Assembly (NCBI GenBank): GCA_951406725.2 | Contig: OX597825.1 | Location: 16,058,001 to 16,122,000, forward strand | DNA from: Octopus vulgaris | Taxonomy: Eukaryota | Reading direction: 5' to 3' | DNA length: 64,000 bases | Shown here: piece by piece, positions 1 through 14,372 of the stretch | How positions within the stretch are numbered: position 1 is the first letter of the stretch | Layout of the letters: every line of letters begins with the position of its first letter | Translations under genes and position numbers: made by a program | Notes under the pieces: model-generated | What the model saw: only the letters and a program-made list of their open reading frames with translations | What the model was told of the DNA's origin: nothing | Database searches by the model: none

Positions 1-19
1 TCAGACATTCTCATTTAAA

Positions 20-94
20 AAATCATCTCTGGCTAATCGTTGAGAGAACGTTAATGTTGCCTTGGCGGAGGTCTGTGCTCTCTGAGTGCTCTTG
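20..94 (+). mobile_element. 3' end of a non-autonomous Helentron/HINE-like element
   Basis: CTTGGCGGAGGT (61-72) followed by a short hairpin GTGCTC-TCT-GAGTGC and a T-rich flank, the usual 3' layout of this class. The 5' part lies outside the window. Confidence 0.45.
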
Positions 95-370
95 TTTATA
101 ATTTATTGTTGTGGAACTTTTTGTTTGTTTTTGTTTTGGTTTTTTAATGTTTATTTGATGTTTAGAATATTTACCTATGATGGGCTTTATTTTAGAACAA
201 GTATTCTGTTGGGACATTGATTAGAAAAGCTGCAAAAGTGTTAACAATTCAAAGAGGAATTCTATGGCAACTCAAAACATTCTCAGCTTAAAGGCTGCAA
301 TTAACTTCCTTCTGGATAAAATGAATATTGATTTCCATTTTTTATCTTCCTCACTCTACCCTCACCTAAA

Positions 371-565
371 TACACACACACACACATAGTCTCTCTCTCT
401 CTCTCTCTTTCTCTCTATTTATATCTATCGCTCTTTTATGTTTTATATAACTTTCTATTTCCATCTATCTATCTATTTATCTACCTGTCTACCTATCTAT
501 CTATCTACCTATCTATCTATCTGTCTATCTATCTATCTATCCATCTATCTATCTATCTATCTATC

Positions 566-602
<37 letters not shown>

Positions 603-665
603 GTATATATATATATATATATATATATCTGTCTATCTAAATCTCTCTTTCTATCTATTTGTCTA

Positions 666-698
<33 letters not shown>

Positions 699-709
699 GT
701 CTGTCTATC

Positions 710-779
<70 letters not shown>

Positions 780-901
780 CATCTCTCTTATCTATCCATC
801 GATATCTGTCTATCTATCTATCTGCCTGTCTGTTTGTCTACCTACCTACCTACCTACCTACCTATCTACCTACCTACCTACCTACCTATCTACCTACCTA
901 C

Positions 902-971
<70 letters not shown>

Positions 972-1020
972 CTCTCTCTCTCTATCTCTCTCTATCTATC
1001 TCTATATCTGTTTGTCTGTC
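371..1020. repeat. Compound microsatellite (CA)n/(CT)n/(TA)n/(ATCT)n/(ACCT)n
   Basis: Directly visible. It explains the ORFs at 438-1061, 601-1053 and 659-1048. Confidence 0.97.
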
Positions 1021-1394
1021 TGTTCTTTCTTTCTACAATTTCTTGTAGCTTAGAAAATTGAATTTGATTGATTCCCATTCCCAAAAGTAATCTGCCTTTT
1101 TGAAACGCAGTTGGAAGTTTGCCTCTGAAAATGGCTAATTTTATTCAAAGGAAGAATTGTTAGTGCTATTAATGATTTTGTTGTTGTTGATGTTGCTACT
1201 GATGTTGTTGTTGTTGTTATTGTTATTTTTATAACTGAAGTCATTGCTGTTGTAATTGATGATGTTGATGATGATGACGATGATGTGGAAGAGGAGGAAG
1301 AGGTTTTGGCTTTTATGGAATGTTTGTGTGGGTGGAGAAATAAATTGTTCAAATGGATAAGATAATGGGATCAAATTTTTGGAACCAGGCCAGC

Positions 1395-1590
1395 AATCTC
1401 GGGGGAGTGGGGTAAGTCGATTACATTGACCCCCGGCGCTCAACTGATACTTATTTTATTAACCCTGAAAGGATGAAAGGCAAAGTCGACCTTGGCGGAA
1501 TTTGAACTCAGAACATAGAGAGGAGGAAGAAATCCTACTTTCACTTTCACTTTCCCAATATGCTAACCACTCTGCCAGCTCACTGCCTTC
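1395..1590 (-). mobile_element. SINE family B copy
   Basis: Reverse complement of the ...GTTCTGAGTTCAAATTCCGCC..GGTCGACTTTGCCTTTCATCCTTT... core seen in many copies. Confidence 0.8.
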
Positions 1591-2361
1591 TTCATGGATA
1601 AGACAATAGATTCTATCTGTTAGCAGTTTAGGAGTTTGAGGGTTCAAGCATGAAGCAGATATTTCACAGCATCTACAAACAAGAATACTTAATTCTGTAA
1701 GTTCTTCATTTCACTTTCACTTAACTACTGTAACAGGATGGAAAGGTCTGTAACACTGGAAGGGTGCAGCTCTCATCCCTCACATTAAATTATTAATCGA
1801 AGGAAAAGCCAAGACTTGCGAATATCTTCAACAGCATAAATATTTTATTTCTGGATTCGCAATATATACATTCTTCTTCAGGGCGAGTCGGTAGCCTAGG
1901 AGCTCGTCACAGTAGTCATGTGGAGTGAGCCAAATCCTGTCCGTTCAAGCATAGTGTAACAATGCCACGAGGTAGCAGTTTGAGAGAGCAGCTACAACAC
2001 GACCACCCTGTTCGACTGTCAGCATTCGAGAGAGGTCGATACACGGGAAATGTTGCTGCTGCTAGTTTTCTGTGCTTGCGCATGAGAGAACTTCCAGCAG
2101 GCCTCCCGGAAGAAATCCAAACTCTGCGCATGCATGCTGAAGATTTCCAAAATGGCATCACTACACTACTATAAAATCTGCCGGAACTTTTTGGGAAAGT
2201 TTCCTGCGATAGTAAACTACCAACCTTATCCACACTGTAAGGGATTCATCTCTTTTCTGGAATCCTCCAAAGACAGGCTGCACATCAGTCTGTCTCTGGA
2301 TGATTCCAGTAGCATATCAGAAATCATTGACCACAGTTTCCTCCCATCACTTTCGGTCTTT

Positions 2362-2552
2362 CATCATCATCATCATCATCATCGTTTAATGTGCGTTTTC
2401 CGCGCTAGCACGGGTTGGACGGTTCGACTGGGGTCTGGGAAGCCAGGGGCTGCTCCAGGCTCCAGTCTGATCTGGCAGAGTTTCTATGGCTGGATGCCCT
2501 TCCTAACGCCAACCACTCCGCAAGTGTAGTGGGTGCTTTTTACGTGCCACCT
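2362..2552 (-). mobile_element. RTE LINE 3' tail fragment ending in (GAT)n
   Basis: (CAT)n-CGTTTAATGTGCGTTTTCC..GCTAGCACGGGTTGGACGG matches the 3' terminus of the RTE copy at 20176-20825. Confidence 0.8.
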
Positions 2553-3196
2553 GCACAGTTTGCATTTGAATATTCTCAACCAGTAAACATCTTGATATCA
2601 ATGAGCCATTAATTCCTTCTTGGTTGCCATCTTCCTTCCTCTTCTATTTCTCCAAACATGGTTGAATTTGCAAGTGATTCAATCATTTAACTGATAAAAC
2701 AAAACAATTGCATTTTTCTTTAACTTGTTTTCTATCTTTATTTTTCTCTAACTCGAGTCTTTCCATCTTCCAAACTGACACATTAAGTTACCTATCACCA
2801 TTATCATTATCATCATTATTTTACATCTGCTTTCTTATGTTGGCATGGGTTGGGTAGGTCATCACAATGTTGTCTGTGGCAGGATTTGAACTCAGAACGT
2901 AAAACCACTGTTAAGCATTTTGTCTGGTGCAACAATGATTCTGTCAGTTTACCACCTTATCTATTTGTAATAAAATATATATACACTTGTGTGAATTATT
3001 TAATTCTTTTATTTGTTTCAGTCATTTGACTATGGCCATGCTGGAGCACCACCTTTAGTTGAGCAAATCGACCATAGGACTTATTCTTAGTGAACCTAGT
3101 ACTTATTCTATCAGTCTCTTTTGTAGACACACCAACATCGGTTGTCAAGCAATGGCGAGGTGGGGAGGGGGACAAACACAGACACACAAACATATA

Positions 3197-3598
3197 GGCA
3201 TAGGAGTGGGTGTGTGGTAAGTAGCTTGCTTACCAACCACATGGTTCTGGGTTCAGTCCCACTGCATGGCACCTTGGGCAAGGGTCTTCTACTATAGCCT
3301 CAGGCCAACCAAAGCCTTGTGAGTGGATTTGGTAGACGGAAACTGAAAGAAGCCTGTTGTATATGTGTGTGTGTGTGTATGTGTGTATGTTTGTGTTTGT
3401 CCCCTCCCCCCAATATCGCTTGACAACCGATGCTGGTGTGTTTATGTCCCCGTAAATTAGCAGTTCGGCAAAAGAGACCGATAAAATAAGTACTAGGCTT
3501 ACAAAGAATAAGTCCTGAGGTCAATTTGCTCGACTAAAGGTGGTGCTCCAGCATGGCTGCAATCAAATCACTGAAACAAGTAAATGAGAGTAAAAGAG
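3197..3598 (+). mobile_element. tRNA-derived SINE family A, near full length
   Basis: A-box-like GTGG.TGTGTGG, B-box-like GGTTCAGTCCC, internal (TG)n, 3' tail GGTGCTCCAGCATGGC...CTGAAACAAGTAAA. Many copies in the window. Confidence 0.85.
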
Positions 3599-4263
3599 AT
3601 ACATACATACATACATATATACATGTACCGCGGGCTTCTTTCAGTTTCCATCTACCAAATCCACTCACAAGGCTTTGGTAAGCCTGAGGCTATAATAGAA
3701 GACACCTGTTCAAGGTGCCACGCAGTGGAACTGAACTCGGAACCATGTGGTTGGGGAGCAATAGCCTGCATAAACAATTTACTCAATAGCAAGGGTGTGC
3801 TAGAACCGAGTCACTCTGGATTGTGATTGATGGCCGAGTTTTATATATTTATACATGCATAAGTGTGTGTGTGTGTGTGCACATGTGCTCAATGTACCAT
3901 GTGCTGCAACAGGAAGCAAAGGAAATGGTTACACAATCGTATACAATCCCATGGTTTGTAAAGCAAACATCTAAAGTAACCAGAACTATCTGACCTGGAC
4001 CAGTCTGACCAGCAAGCCATAACCAGAACACAAAAGTCAACTACAAACAGTTATTTTCTATGATTTATTGTGTATGGGGGGAAAATGTTATGGAATATAA
4101 AAGAATCAAAAGTCTAAAAACATTATTAATTGCTCTTTTATTTCCTGCAGTAAAGAATGTTCTCGTTAGGAAGAAAACCGTACAGCCATGCCTCCACATG
4201 TCATCATGACCATCATGATCATCACCATCATCATCATCATCAGTCAGTGCCTGATTTCCATAC

Positions 4264-4268
<5 letters not shown>

Positions 4269-4360
<92 letters not shown>

Positions 4361-4377
4361 GTATATATATATATATA
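4269..4377. repeat. (TA)n microsatellite
   Basis: Directly visible. Confidence 0.97.
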
Positions 4378-4918
4378 AAATAAGCAGAAAATGGAGAAAA
4401 CTTTTGATCAACAAACAAACTGACTACCATTGGTTAATTATTTTTTAATGCAAAACTTTAATGTTGCTTGCAGCCGTTTCTGCTACCAATGCCAGTCAGT
4501 ACCTCTAAAGAAACTTGAGTAATTTATACCAGTAGTTATAACGGATATTCTTATCCCTTAGGTGGTTATTCCAACCACTAACTCTACTTACCTATATATA
4601 TATGTGTGTGTGTGTATATATATATATGTGTGTGTGTATGTATGTATATATAATTAATCCTTCCTAGAACTAAGATTGAATGAATATGGTGATATCTACC
4701 AAAGAACACTTATTTTAGTGCTGTTGACACTGCTGGATTGAATGGTACTGCTCAGGTGTCGAAACTATAGTGATATCTGTGGGGCAGCTGATGATGGGGT
4801 TATGTTAGATTGTTGGTATGGCTGTTATTGTATGTGCTGAATAGTTTTATAACACATCCATTTCGTATATATATGTGTATGTGTGTGTGTATATATATAT
4901 ATGCATGTGTGTGTGTCA

Positions 4919-4975
<57 letters not shown>

Positions 4976-5243
4976 TGCATGTATGTATACATGTGAGTGT
5001 GTGGGTGTGTATCATCATCATTGTCGTTTAACGTCCACTTTCCATGCTGGCATGGGTTGGACGGTTTGACTGAGGGCTGGCAAGCCAAAAAGCTGCACCA
5101 GGCTCCAATCTGATATGGCAAAATTTCTACAACTGGATGCTCTTCCTAACACCAACCTCTCCAAGAGTGTAGTGGGTGCTTTTTACGTGCCACCATATAT
5201 ATATAAATATATATACATATATATTTATGTGTATGTGGGTGGG

Positions 5244-5275
<32 letters not shown>

Positions 5276-5794
5276 TGAAGTTAGTTTGTTGCACTTGTAA
5301 TTGCAAAACTGTGGTTTTGATTCCCAGATCAGTGATGTATTGTGTTCTTGAGCAAAATCCTCCATTTCAAGTTGTTCCATGCCATTCTCCTGTGACAGAC
5401 TGGCATTCCGTGCTAGGGGAATGAATGTTGGCCTGCATTTTAGCGGCAATCTAATCCATCTTTGAAGAGCAACGTATTTTGCATATTATGTGTCATATTT
5501 ACTCATGTGTAAGCTACACCCGTAATTTAGGGTTAAGTCTTGGTGAAAAATTTTTTACGCATCTTAGCTTTAGCTTTGCTCCATGTGTAAGTCATACCCC
5601 AGGTTTTTCAGTTAGAACCAACAATGGAATTGTGCAACCTATACACGAAGAGATCCGGTGTATATTTTCTGCCACTACAAGAGCATAACTGTGTGTGAAA
5701 AAGAATCATCACCATCAAAATGAATATATAAATTCTACAACATGCGCGGCAAATTTATTCTTTATGTATGTGTGCATACTTGTGTGTGTCTCAA

Positions 5795-6256
5795 AGTAGA
5801 TGGAACGTATAGAAGTGGGTGATCCAGGAAGACATGGGATGAATCACTGAAGAATGACTTTAGAACACTGAACATTTCAGGCAAGATTACAAAGGGCTGA
5901 GACACTTGGCACCTCGCTATGCTCAAGGAGACCCATACTCCACAGTAGAAGTGTTAAGACTGGTCCCTCTGATTGTGTGAAGTACTTGTGGCAGTGCTAC
6001 ATAATAAGGCCCTTGTGATGTAATGTAAAAGTGCCTATGCAGCACCATGTAAATGCACCTCTGTGGTGCCATATAAAAGCACACAGCATACTCTGTAAAG
6101 TGGTTGGCATTAGGAAGGGCATCCTGTTGTAGAAACTTTGCCAAATCAGACTGGAGTCTGGTGCAGCCCCTCAGCTTACCAGCCCTGGTCAAACCATACA
6201 ACCCATTTCAGCATGGACAACAGACATTAAATGATGAGCATGATGATGATGGTGAT
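5795..6256 (+). mobile_element. Decayed RTE LINE 3' fragment
   Basis: Resembles the G-R-G-R-P-R-K-T-W end of the RT ORF at 14950-15100, then 3' UTR and (GAT)n tail. Confidence 0.65.
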
Positions 6257-7105
6257 GAAATATATATATATATACAAATACATATAGCACAGTATAACTG
6301 CTCAGCTAGAGATGGCGACTTTGAAATATATACTTTTCAAAGTGACACACAGCTACTGATCTCATAAATAGAAAAATTATTATTTCTAACAGTACTGCAG
6401 AGTTAAGATTATTTGCCAACATAATGTGGCAGTTCTGGTTAGGACGAATGTTACTGTTATTTAACTCCAGGATGAAAAAAATAACCCAGAAACCATTGGA
6501 ACATATATATATATATATATATATATATTGTCAGCATCATCATCATCATCATCAACATTTAACATCTGTTTTCCATGCTAGCATGGGTTGGAGAGCTTGA
6601 CAGGAACTGGCAAGGTTAGTAGGTGCACCAGGCTTCCATAGTTTATTTTGGCAAAGTTGCTATGGTTGGATGCTCTTCCTAATGCCAACCATTTTACAGA
6701 GTGCATTGAGTGCTTTTTACATGGCACCATCACCAATGCTTTTTACATGGCACCAGCACCAGTGCTTTTTATGTAGAACTAGTACCCACACCCTTGCTTT
6801 TTATGTGGCACCTTAGTGCCACAGTTCTGTTCTGATGGGTGATGGGTGAGGTCTTCTGTTCTGATGGGTGAGGTCTTCTTGAGCACAGCAGTGCATCATG
6901 GGTCTTGGTCCTCTGTCATTTCCTTTGTAAGGGTCAGTGTTTTGAGATTAGCCTTTAATACTGTGTCCTGTGTCTTCCTGGGTCCCCCTCTTCCACAACT
7001 TCCCTCCACTTTAAGTGATCAATAAAAATGTGCCACTGTGGTACAACATGGAAAACTAGTAAAGAAATCACACAAAGAATGCACACACACACACACACAC
7101 ACCCA

Positions 7106-7145
<40 letters not shown>

Positions 7146-8408
7146 TGCACACATGTATATACTCATATACAGTGTATTTTATTCAGTGCATTGTGAAATG
7201 GTTAAAAGTGACTTGAGAAAGCCATTTCGATTTAAGAAGGAAATAAAATTTCTACAATGGAATTTTCAAATTCCATTGTAGAAATTTACATGTATTTCTC
7301 TTTAACAAGAGAAATCTCTTTTAAGAAGTGGAATCTATCATAAAAGACAGCAACAGCAACAACAACAACAAAAGTGAAAGTGAAAGAATATCTCATCTCA
7401 GTGAGCAGCATGTTCCAAGCGAAGAGAGGATATAAATATGCATGTATGTATGAATGCATGTATGCACGCTCACATGTGGATATACATGTGCACATAATGG
7501 ATTACCTTTCTGTTTCCGACTTTTGAATCCACTCACTAAGCTCTGGCAGGTCCTGTATATCTTTTATCTTTTATCTTTAATCTTTTATCTTTTACTCGAA
7601 TCACTCATCGGACTGCAGTTGTGCGTGGGCACAGCCTTACAGGGTTTACTCAAACAAATTGACCCTTGTACTTATTTTCTGAAAGTCAGTAAAATATCCC
7701 AAGACAATGCTCTTTTACTCTTTTACTTGCTTCAGTCATTTTGACTGCGGCCATGCTGGAGCACCGCCTTTTAGTCAAGCAAATCGACCCCAGGACTTAT
7801 TCATTGTAAGCCTAGTACTTATTCTATCGGCCTCTTTTGCCGAACCACTAAGCTACAGGAACGTAAACACACCAGCATCTTCCAAACCGATACATTAAGT
7901 TACTTATCACCATTATCATTATCATCATTATTTTACATATGCTTTCTATGTTGGCATGGGTTGGTTTGGTCATCACATCAGATTCAGTTCTCATTCAGTG
8001 TTACTGGCCCTACCCTGGATAAGTCAGAGAACTGCATATCACTAATACATTCCACTTTTCACAAACCCTCTACAGCTGAATACAATTTCCAGCACCACCA
8101 ATTTACAGTATTTGAGCAGTACTTTATTTTATCAACCCCAAAGGGACGAAAGGCAAAGGGTACCTCAGTAGGACTTGAACTTAGAACATAAAGAGCTGTA
8201 AGAAGAAATACTACTAAGCATTTTGTCTGATGTGTTAATGATTCTGCCAACTCACCACATTACTAGGGATGTGTAGACAGATTTAGATATCTCTATCATT
8301 TTCAGTTGTAGGATATTCAGACAAAACATATCTCTAGAATTAAGAATTAAGTATAGAATAATTCTACAGGTGCAGCTATGGCTGTTTGGTAAGAAGCTTG
8401 TGTCTTAA

Positions 8409-8824
8409 GGCGGTAAGCTGGCAGAAACATTAGCACGCTGGTCGAAATGCTTTGTGGTATTTTGTCTGCCATTGCGTTCTGAATTCAAATTCCGCTACGG
8501 TCGACTTTGCCTTTCATCCTTTCGGGGTCTATAAATAAAGTACCAGTTACACACTGGGGTCAATGTAATCGACTTAATCCCTTTGTCTGTCCTTTTTTGT
8601 CCTCTCTGTGTTTAGCCCCTTGTGGGTAGTAAAGAAATAGGTATTTCGTCTGCCGTTACGTTCTAAGTTCAAATTCTGCTAAGGTCGACTTTGCCTTTCA
8701 TCCTTTCGGGGTCAATAAATAATGTACCAGTTACGCACTGGGGTCGATGTAATTGACTTAATCCCTTTGTCTGTCCTTGTTTGTCCCCTCTATGTTTAGC
8801 CCCTTGTGGGCAATAAAGCAAATA
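8409..8824 (+). mobile_element. SINE family B (full copy plus tandem partial copy) nested in a family A SINE
   Basis: GGCGGTAAGCTGGCAGAAAC head and B-box-like GTTCAAATTCC. The family A sequence is interrupted near 8400 and resumes near 8832. Confidence 0.8.
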
Positions 8825-8831
8825 AAAAAAT

Positions 8832-9250
8832 AAGCTTGCTTCCCAACCACATGGTCCTGGGTTCAGTCCCACTGCGTGACACCTTGGGCAAGTGTCTTCT
8901 GCTATAGCCTCAGGCCAACTGAAGCCTTGTGAGTGGATTTGGTAGATGGAAACTGTGAAGAAGCCTGTCACATATGTGTGTGTGTATGTGTGTGTGTATA
9001 TTTATGTGTATGTGTGTTTGTATGTATATCTATTTGTGTGAATGTGTGTGTGCCTGTGTTTGTTTATCTGCCATCTGGACAACTGATACTGGCATGTTTA
9101 TGTCCCCGTAACTTAGCAGTTTGACAAAAGAGACCAGTAAAATAAATACTAGGCTTACAAAGAATAATTCCCAAGGTTGATTTCTTCGACTAAAACCCTT
9201 TAAGGCGGTGCTCCAGCATGGCCACAGTCAAATGACTGAAACAAGTAAAA
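8832..9250 (+). mobile_element. SINE family A (body and 3' tail)
   Basis: Same sequence family as 3197-3598. Confidence 0.82.
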
Positions 9251-9911
9251 GGGTAGTCCGATGCAGAACCAAATCTATGGAGCCGAGCATAGAATTTGCT
9301 ACCACGCTGTCAGGTGTTGTACAAGAAAGAAAGGTTACCGTAACATACCAATGACATTACTTCAAATCACAGAGAAATCAGGCCTTTTTATATATTTTTT
9401 TTTTTTTTTAAGCAAATGCAAGGAAGAGAATCTTAACAATATTCCTTGCTGTGAAAAACCAACTTAAAAGAAAGAGTTAATTCCTGTAAATAAATGCAGA
9501 GTGACAGTACTGATAAGGCATTGAAATAAATAAAAAAATAATACGTTTTTGCAATAGAAACAAGAAAAGAAATAGATCGAAAGGTTATTTTATAAATGTG
9601 AAGAAACCTTATTTCTAGATTTTCCGAGAGTCATTCTTCATTGGAATATGATATTTTTGTTCTTTACAATAATAATCATAATCAAAGTTTTATTATATTT
9701 TTTTGGAAAAGAAAGGGCAAAACATTGTTCATAATAAAAATATGATATATTTGTATATACGTCTTTCTAAGTGGATCCTGTGCGTGGGTTTGTACATAAC
9801 CTTACATATATTATAAATGCATGTATGATTTTATATAAACCTAAACCTACGCCTACATACATGACATGCTTGAGAAGACTTGTTCATCTAAGTTAAAATA
9901 AGGCCCTAAAG

Positions 9912-10040
9912 CAGTGGTTCTCAAATAGGGTCCACATGACCCTTACGGGGCCCATGTAAGATTTTGCTGTGAAAATTTATATGCAATACAATGGTTATAC
10001 TTCTCCAATGCACCAAATGTTTTTTTTTTTTTTACAATTA
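9912..10040 (+). mobile_element. hAT (Charlie-like) MITE left end
   Basis: Begins CAGTGGTTCTCAA, a typical hAT/Charlie terminus. Right end not identified. Confidence 0.45.
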
Positions 10041-11304
10041 TAGGCGTAGGAGTGGCTGTGTGGTAAGTAGCTTGCTTACTAACCACATGGTTCTGGGTTC
10101 AGTCCCACTGCGTGGCACCTTGGGCAAGTGTCTTCTACTATAGACTGGGGCCGACCAAAGCCTTGTGAATGAATCTGGTAGACAATGAAGAAAAATAAAA
10201 TTGAGGAAAAGATTTGGAATTATAAGGTGTTTGAGACATCAACTTCTCTTTTTATGAAACCTGTCAGTTGAGAAAATACTTTGATTCATTAATATTGTCC
10301 CTGCAATTAGCAGTAAAAAACTCCCTGTAGGGGGTGTTTAAATTCTAAAAACAACAAACTAGAAAGTCAAGATAATTCCAATGAAATCGGCCAAGCAAAT
10401 TTTGAGGTAAATAAATATGAGGAAAATAAGAATGAGACAGCTGGGCGCAGCAGTTTGGCTGCTGTTGATTTGGCATGGCTGACTGGATATTGATTATGTT
10501 TTGGAGACAGTTCATTTTAGCACTGGAGGCAAAACACACACACAATACGCATGAATGCAGAACTATACACATACAGATAAAACGTGAGGGTGAGAGATGG
10601 AGAGAGGTTTTGCAATTATTTGAATATGATTGGCATGAACATGCTCCTCCCCCTCATACATATAAAGAAATATGCTCACACCCATAATTTGAGAGAGAGA
10701 GAGAGGGGGTGGGGAGAAAAAGTGACTCTACAATTTATTAATTGAGCACATCTGACAGAAACACTTTTTTTTTCTCCTCATACACAGTAAAGGAAATATG
10801 CTCAAACACACAAACTGAAAGAGAGAGAGAGAGTGGGAGAGGAAAGGAATGAGACAAACATTAAAATGTCTGGTGTAAAATAAGTTAGTGTCAAATTGGT
10901 AAATTGGTAATGCCATGTAAGCAGAGTCAAAACAACTATGCCAATGCCAAAATGCTTCATACCCAAAGGAAAAAGCAATGGATTTTGCTGATAGCTTTGT
11001 TTTAAAACAACTTGGATTCTATGCCAAACAAAATTTGCAAATTATTGGAACACTACAAGTTGTTCTGAATAAAAACGATTTTATTTTATTTCTGGAACAA
11101 ATTGTTCAGCACCAGTTGTCTAATCTTCGGTGATGCTGCTTATAAAGAAATGATGCATAAAAAAAAATTATAATAATTATAAAATCATTAAAACAAGATT
11201 TTTAATTTTCCTAAGTATTGATTTGTTTTGACTTGGTACAAAGGTTTTTAAGTATCGGAAAACAACTTAGTTTTTGTTACTGGTCTGGAGCAATTTCTGC
11301 AAGC

Positions 11305-11803
11305 ACCATTTCGAAATTGAAATCAATTTCGATGACTGGCATCCGTGTTAGTGGAGCGCTAAGAGCACCATTCGAGCGTGATCGTTGTCAGAGCGACTAA
11401 CTGGCTTCCGTGCCAGTGGCACATAAAAAACACCATTTGAGCGTGATCGTTACAAGCATCGCCTTACTGGCACTTGTACTGGTGGCATGTGAGAAAACAT
11501 TTGAGCGAGGTCGTTGCCAGTGCTGCTGGACTTGGCTCCTGTGCAGGTGGCAAGTAAAAAACACCATTTGAGCATGGCTATTGCCAGTACTGCGTGACTG
11601 GCCTTTGTGCTGGTGGTACGTAAAAGCACCCACTACACTCTTGGAGTGGTTGGCGTTAAGAAGGGCATCCTGCTGTGGAAACTCTGTCAGATCAAGATTG
11701 GAGCCTGGTGCAACCATCTGGTTCACCAGTCCTCAGTAAAATCGTCAAACCCATGCTAGCATGGAAAGCAGATGTTAAACGAAGATGATGATGATGATGA
11801 TGA
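11305..11803 (+). mobile_element. RTE LINE 3' UTR with (GAT)n tail
   Basis: Colinear with 20340-20825, with internal GTGGCA..TAAAA subrepeats. Confidence 0.8.
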
Positions 11804-11854
11804 CCATTGTCTGTGCTGTTCTACTCTTCTTTGTTAGCTAATTAATAACATGTG

Positions 11855-12170
11855 AAGGTCTGTGGCCTAGTGGTTAGGGCATTTGGCTGACAATTGTAAG
11901 GCTGTGAGTTCAATTCCCAGTAGTGTGTTGTGTTCTTGAGCAAGATTCTTTATTTCATCTTGCTCCAGTCCACTCATTTGGCAAAAATGTGTTGTACCTT
12001 TAATTCAAAGTGCCACCCTTGTCACAATTGGTGCCATACTGAATCTCCTTCAGAATATGAGTAAGTGTATGTGTGTCTATGGAGTTCTCAACCACTTTCT
12101 CATTAATTTCATGAGCAGGCTGTTCCGTCGATCAGATTGACTGGAACCCTCGTCACCTTAATTGACATGC
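11855..12170 (+). mobile_element. tRNA-derived SINE family D
   Basis: GTGGCCTAGTGGTTAGG A-box, GAGTTCAATTCC B-box, then GTTGTGTTCTTGAGCAAG. Related copies near 34300-34490 (-), 55085-55390, 56165-56420 and 63766-63920. Confidence 0.7.
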
Positions 12171-12478
12171 TATAATAACATAAAACATCCTGGGCAAAAT
12201 GCTTGGCAGTATTTCGTCTGTCTTTACGTTCTGAGTTCAAATTCCACCAAGGTCGATTTTGCCTTTCATCCTTTTGGGGTCAATAAATTAAGTACCAGTT
12301 GCATATTAGAGTTGATCTAATTGACTGCCCCCTCCCCAACCTCCAAAAATTTCAGGCCTTGTGCCTAGAGTAGAAAAGGTTATAATAACATAAACGATTG
12401 ACTTTTTACATTTAGAAATCACTTGGCTGTTGGTTCAGTCCTACCCCTCCCCAGTTGTGAATGTACATACATTTGCAT

Positions 12479-12518
<40 letters not shown>

Positions 12519-12809
12519 CCATCATCATCATTTAACATTTGTTGTCCATACTGGAATGGGTTGGTTGGTGTGACCAGAGCCGGCAAGCCAGCAGGGCTGC
12601 ACCAGACTCCACACTGATTTGGCATGGTTTTCTATGGCTGGATGCCCTTCCTAACACCGAACACTTCACAGAATGTGCTGGGTGCTTTTACGTGGCACCA
12701 CACAAGCACTTTTATGTGGCACCACCCAGGCACTTTTACGTGGCACTGCCCTGGATGCTTTACACCCCCAGAAGGACCAGTCTAACACTTCTGCTGTGTA
12801 GAGTGGTGA

Positions 12810-13235
12810 CCTGGCAGAAACGTTAGCATGCCAGGCGAAATGCTTAGCAGTATTGTGTCTGTCTTTACATTCTGAGTTCAAATTCTGCCGAGGTCAATTT
12901 TGCCTTTCATCCTCTTGGGGTCAATAAATTAAGTACCAGTTGTGTACTGGGCTTGATCTAATCGACTGGCCCCCTCCATCAAAATTTCAGGCCTTGTACC
13001 TAGCGTAGAAAAGAATATATAAAGGGTGGCAAGCTGGCAGAAATGTTAGCACGCCGGGCGAAATGCTTAGCAGTATTTCATGTCTTTATGTTCTGAGTTC
13101 AAATTCTGCTGATGTCGACTTTGCCCTTCATCCTCATGGGATCAATAAATTAAGTACCAGTTGCGTGCTGGGGTTGATCTAATCGACTAGCCCTCCTCCC
13201 TAAAATTTCGGGCCTTGTGCCTAGAGTAGAAAAGG
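12810..13235 (+). mobile_element. Two tandem SINE family B copies
   Basis: The family B head and core occur twice, at 12810-13015 and 13023-13235. Confidence 0.8.
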
Positions 13236-13949
13236 ATATTTGTATGCATATGTGGCTACTCATGAATATAGGTGTGTTTTTTTTTTCTTCTCTTGTATTT
13301 GTTTCAGTAATTACACTGTGGCCATGCTGGGGCACCACCTTGAATTTTAGTCAGTCACAAATCAATCCTGGGACTTATTCTATCAGCTTCTTTTGCCAAA
13401 CTGCTACATTACAGGGACATAAGATTACCAACACTGGTTAGCAACACACACACACACAAATACACACACAATACACACATCAAACGAAACTTGGAAATTA
13501 TTGGGAGACTACAAAGCTAATCTGAATAAAAAGAAAATTTGGTTTTATTTCTGGAATATATTGCTCGGCACTAACTGTCTGATCTCCAGTGATGCTGCTC
13601 ATAAAGAAGAGAAGCATTAAAAAAATAAAAATTATAATACGATAGTTATAAAAAGATTGAAACAGAATATTTCATTTTTATAAGAAATCAAGTCACAAAG
13701 ACACGCACACACACAGACACACACACAAACACACACACAGACACATGATGGGTTTCTTTCAGTTTGCATCTACCACATCCACTCACAAGGCTTTGGTCAG
13801 CCCAAGGCTATAATAGAAGACACATACATGCCCAAGTTGGCACACAGTGGGACTGAACCTGGAACCATCTGGTTGGGAAGCAAGCTTCTTACCACCCAAC
13901 CACTCATATATTTGAGGATATATTTGATAATGCATATATGAATATATAC

Positions 13950-14154
13950 TCTTTTACTCTTTTACTTGTTTCAGTCATTTGACTGTGGCCATGCAGGAGC
14001 ATCACCTTTAGTTGAGCAACTCGACTCCAAGATTTATTCTTTGTAAGCCTACTACTTATTCTATCGGTCTCTTTTGCTGAACCGCTAAGTTACAGGGACA
14101 TAAACACACCATCAGTTGTCAAGCGATGTTGGGGGGACAAACGCAGGCACTCAT

Positions 14155-14210
<56 letters not shown>

Positions 14211-14372
14211 ACATATACAACAGGTTTCTTTAAGTTTCTGTCTACTAAATTCACTCCCAGGGCTTTGATCAGCCTGAGGCTATAGTAGAAGACAGTTGCC
14301 CAAGGTGCCACACAGTGGGACTGAACCCGGAACCATGTGGTTGGTAAACAAGCTACTTACCACACAGCCACT
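13950..14372 (-). mobile_element. SINE family A
   Basis: Reverse complement of the family A sequence. Confidence 0.82.

Noticed and set aside
1830-1890. CTGAAGA...GAAA on the minus strand
   Set aside because: No convincing stem I or stem III, so not counted as a hammerhead.
1962-2174. ORF beginning MPRG..LSAFERGR, reminiscent of a Tc1 transposase N-terminus
   Set aside because: Similarity is limited to a few residues and no TIR was identified.
4465-4505. GAAACGGCTG half-motif on the minus strand in a PLE-like remnant between TA tracts
   Set aside because: No matching CTGANGA box at a suitable distance.
11025-11210. Diverged duplicate of 13481-13680
   Set aside because: Probably an old unclassified repeat; the family could not be assigned from sequence alone.
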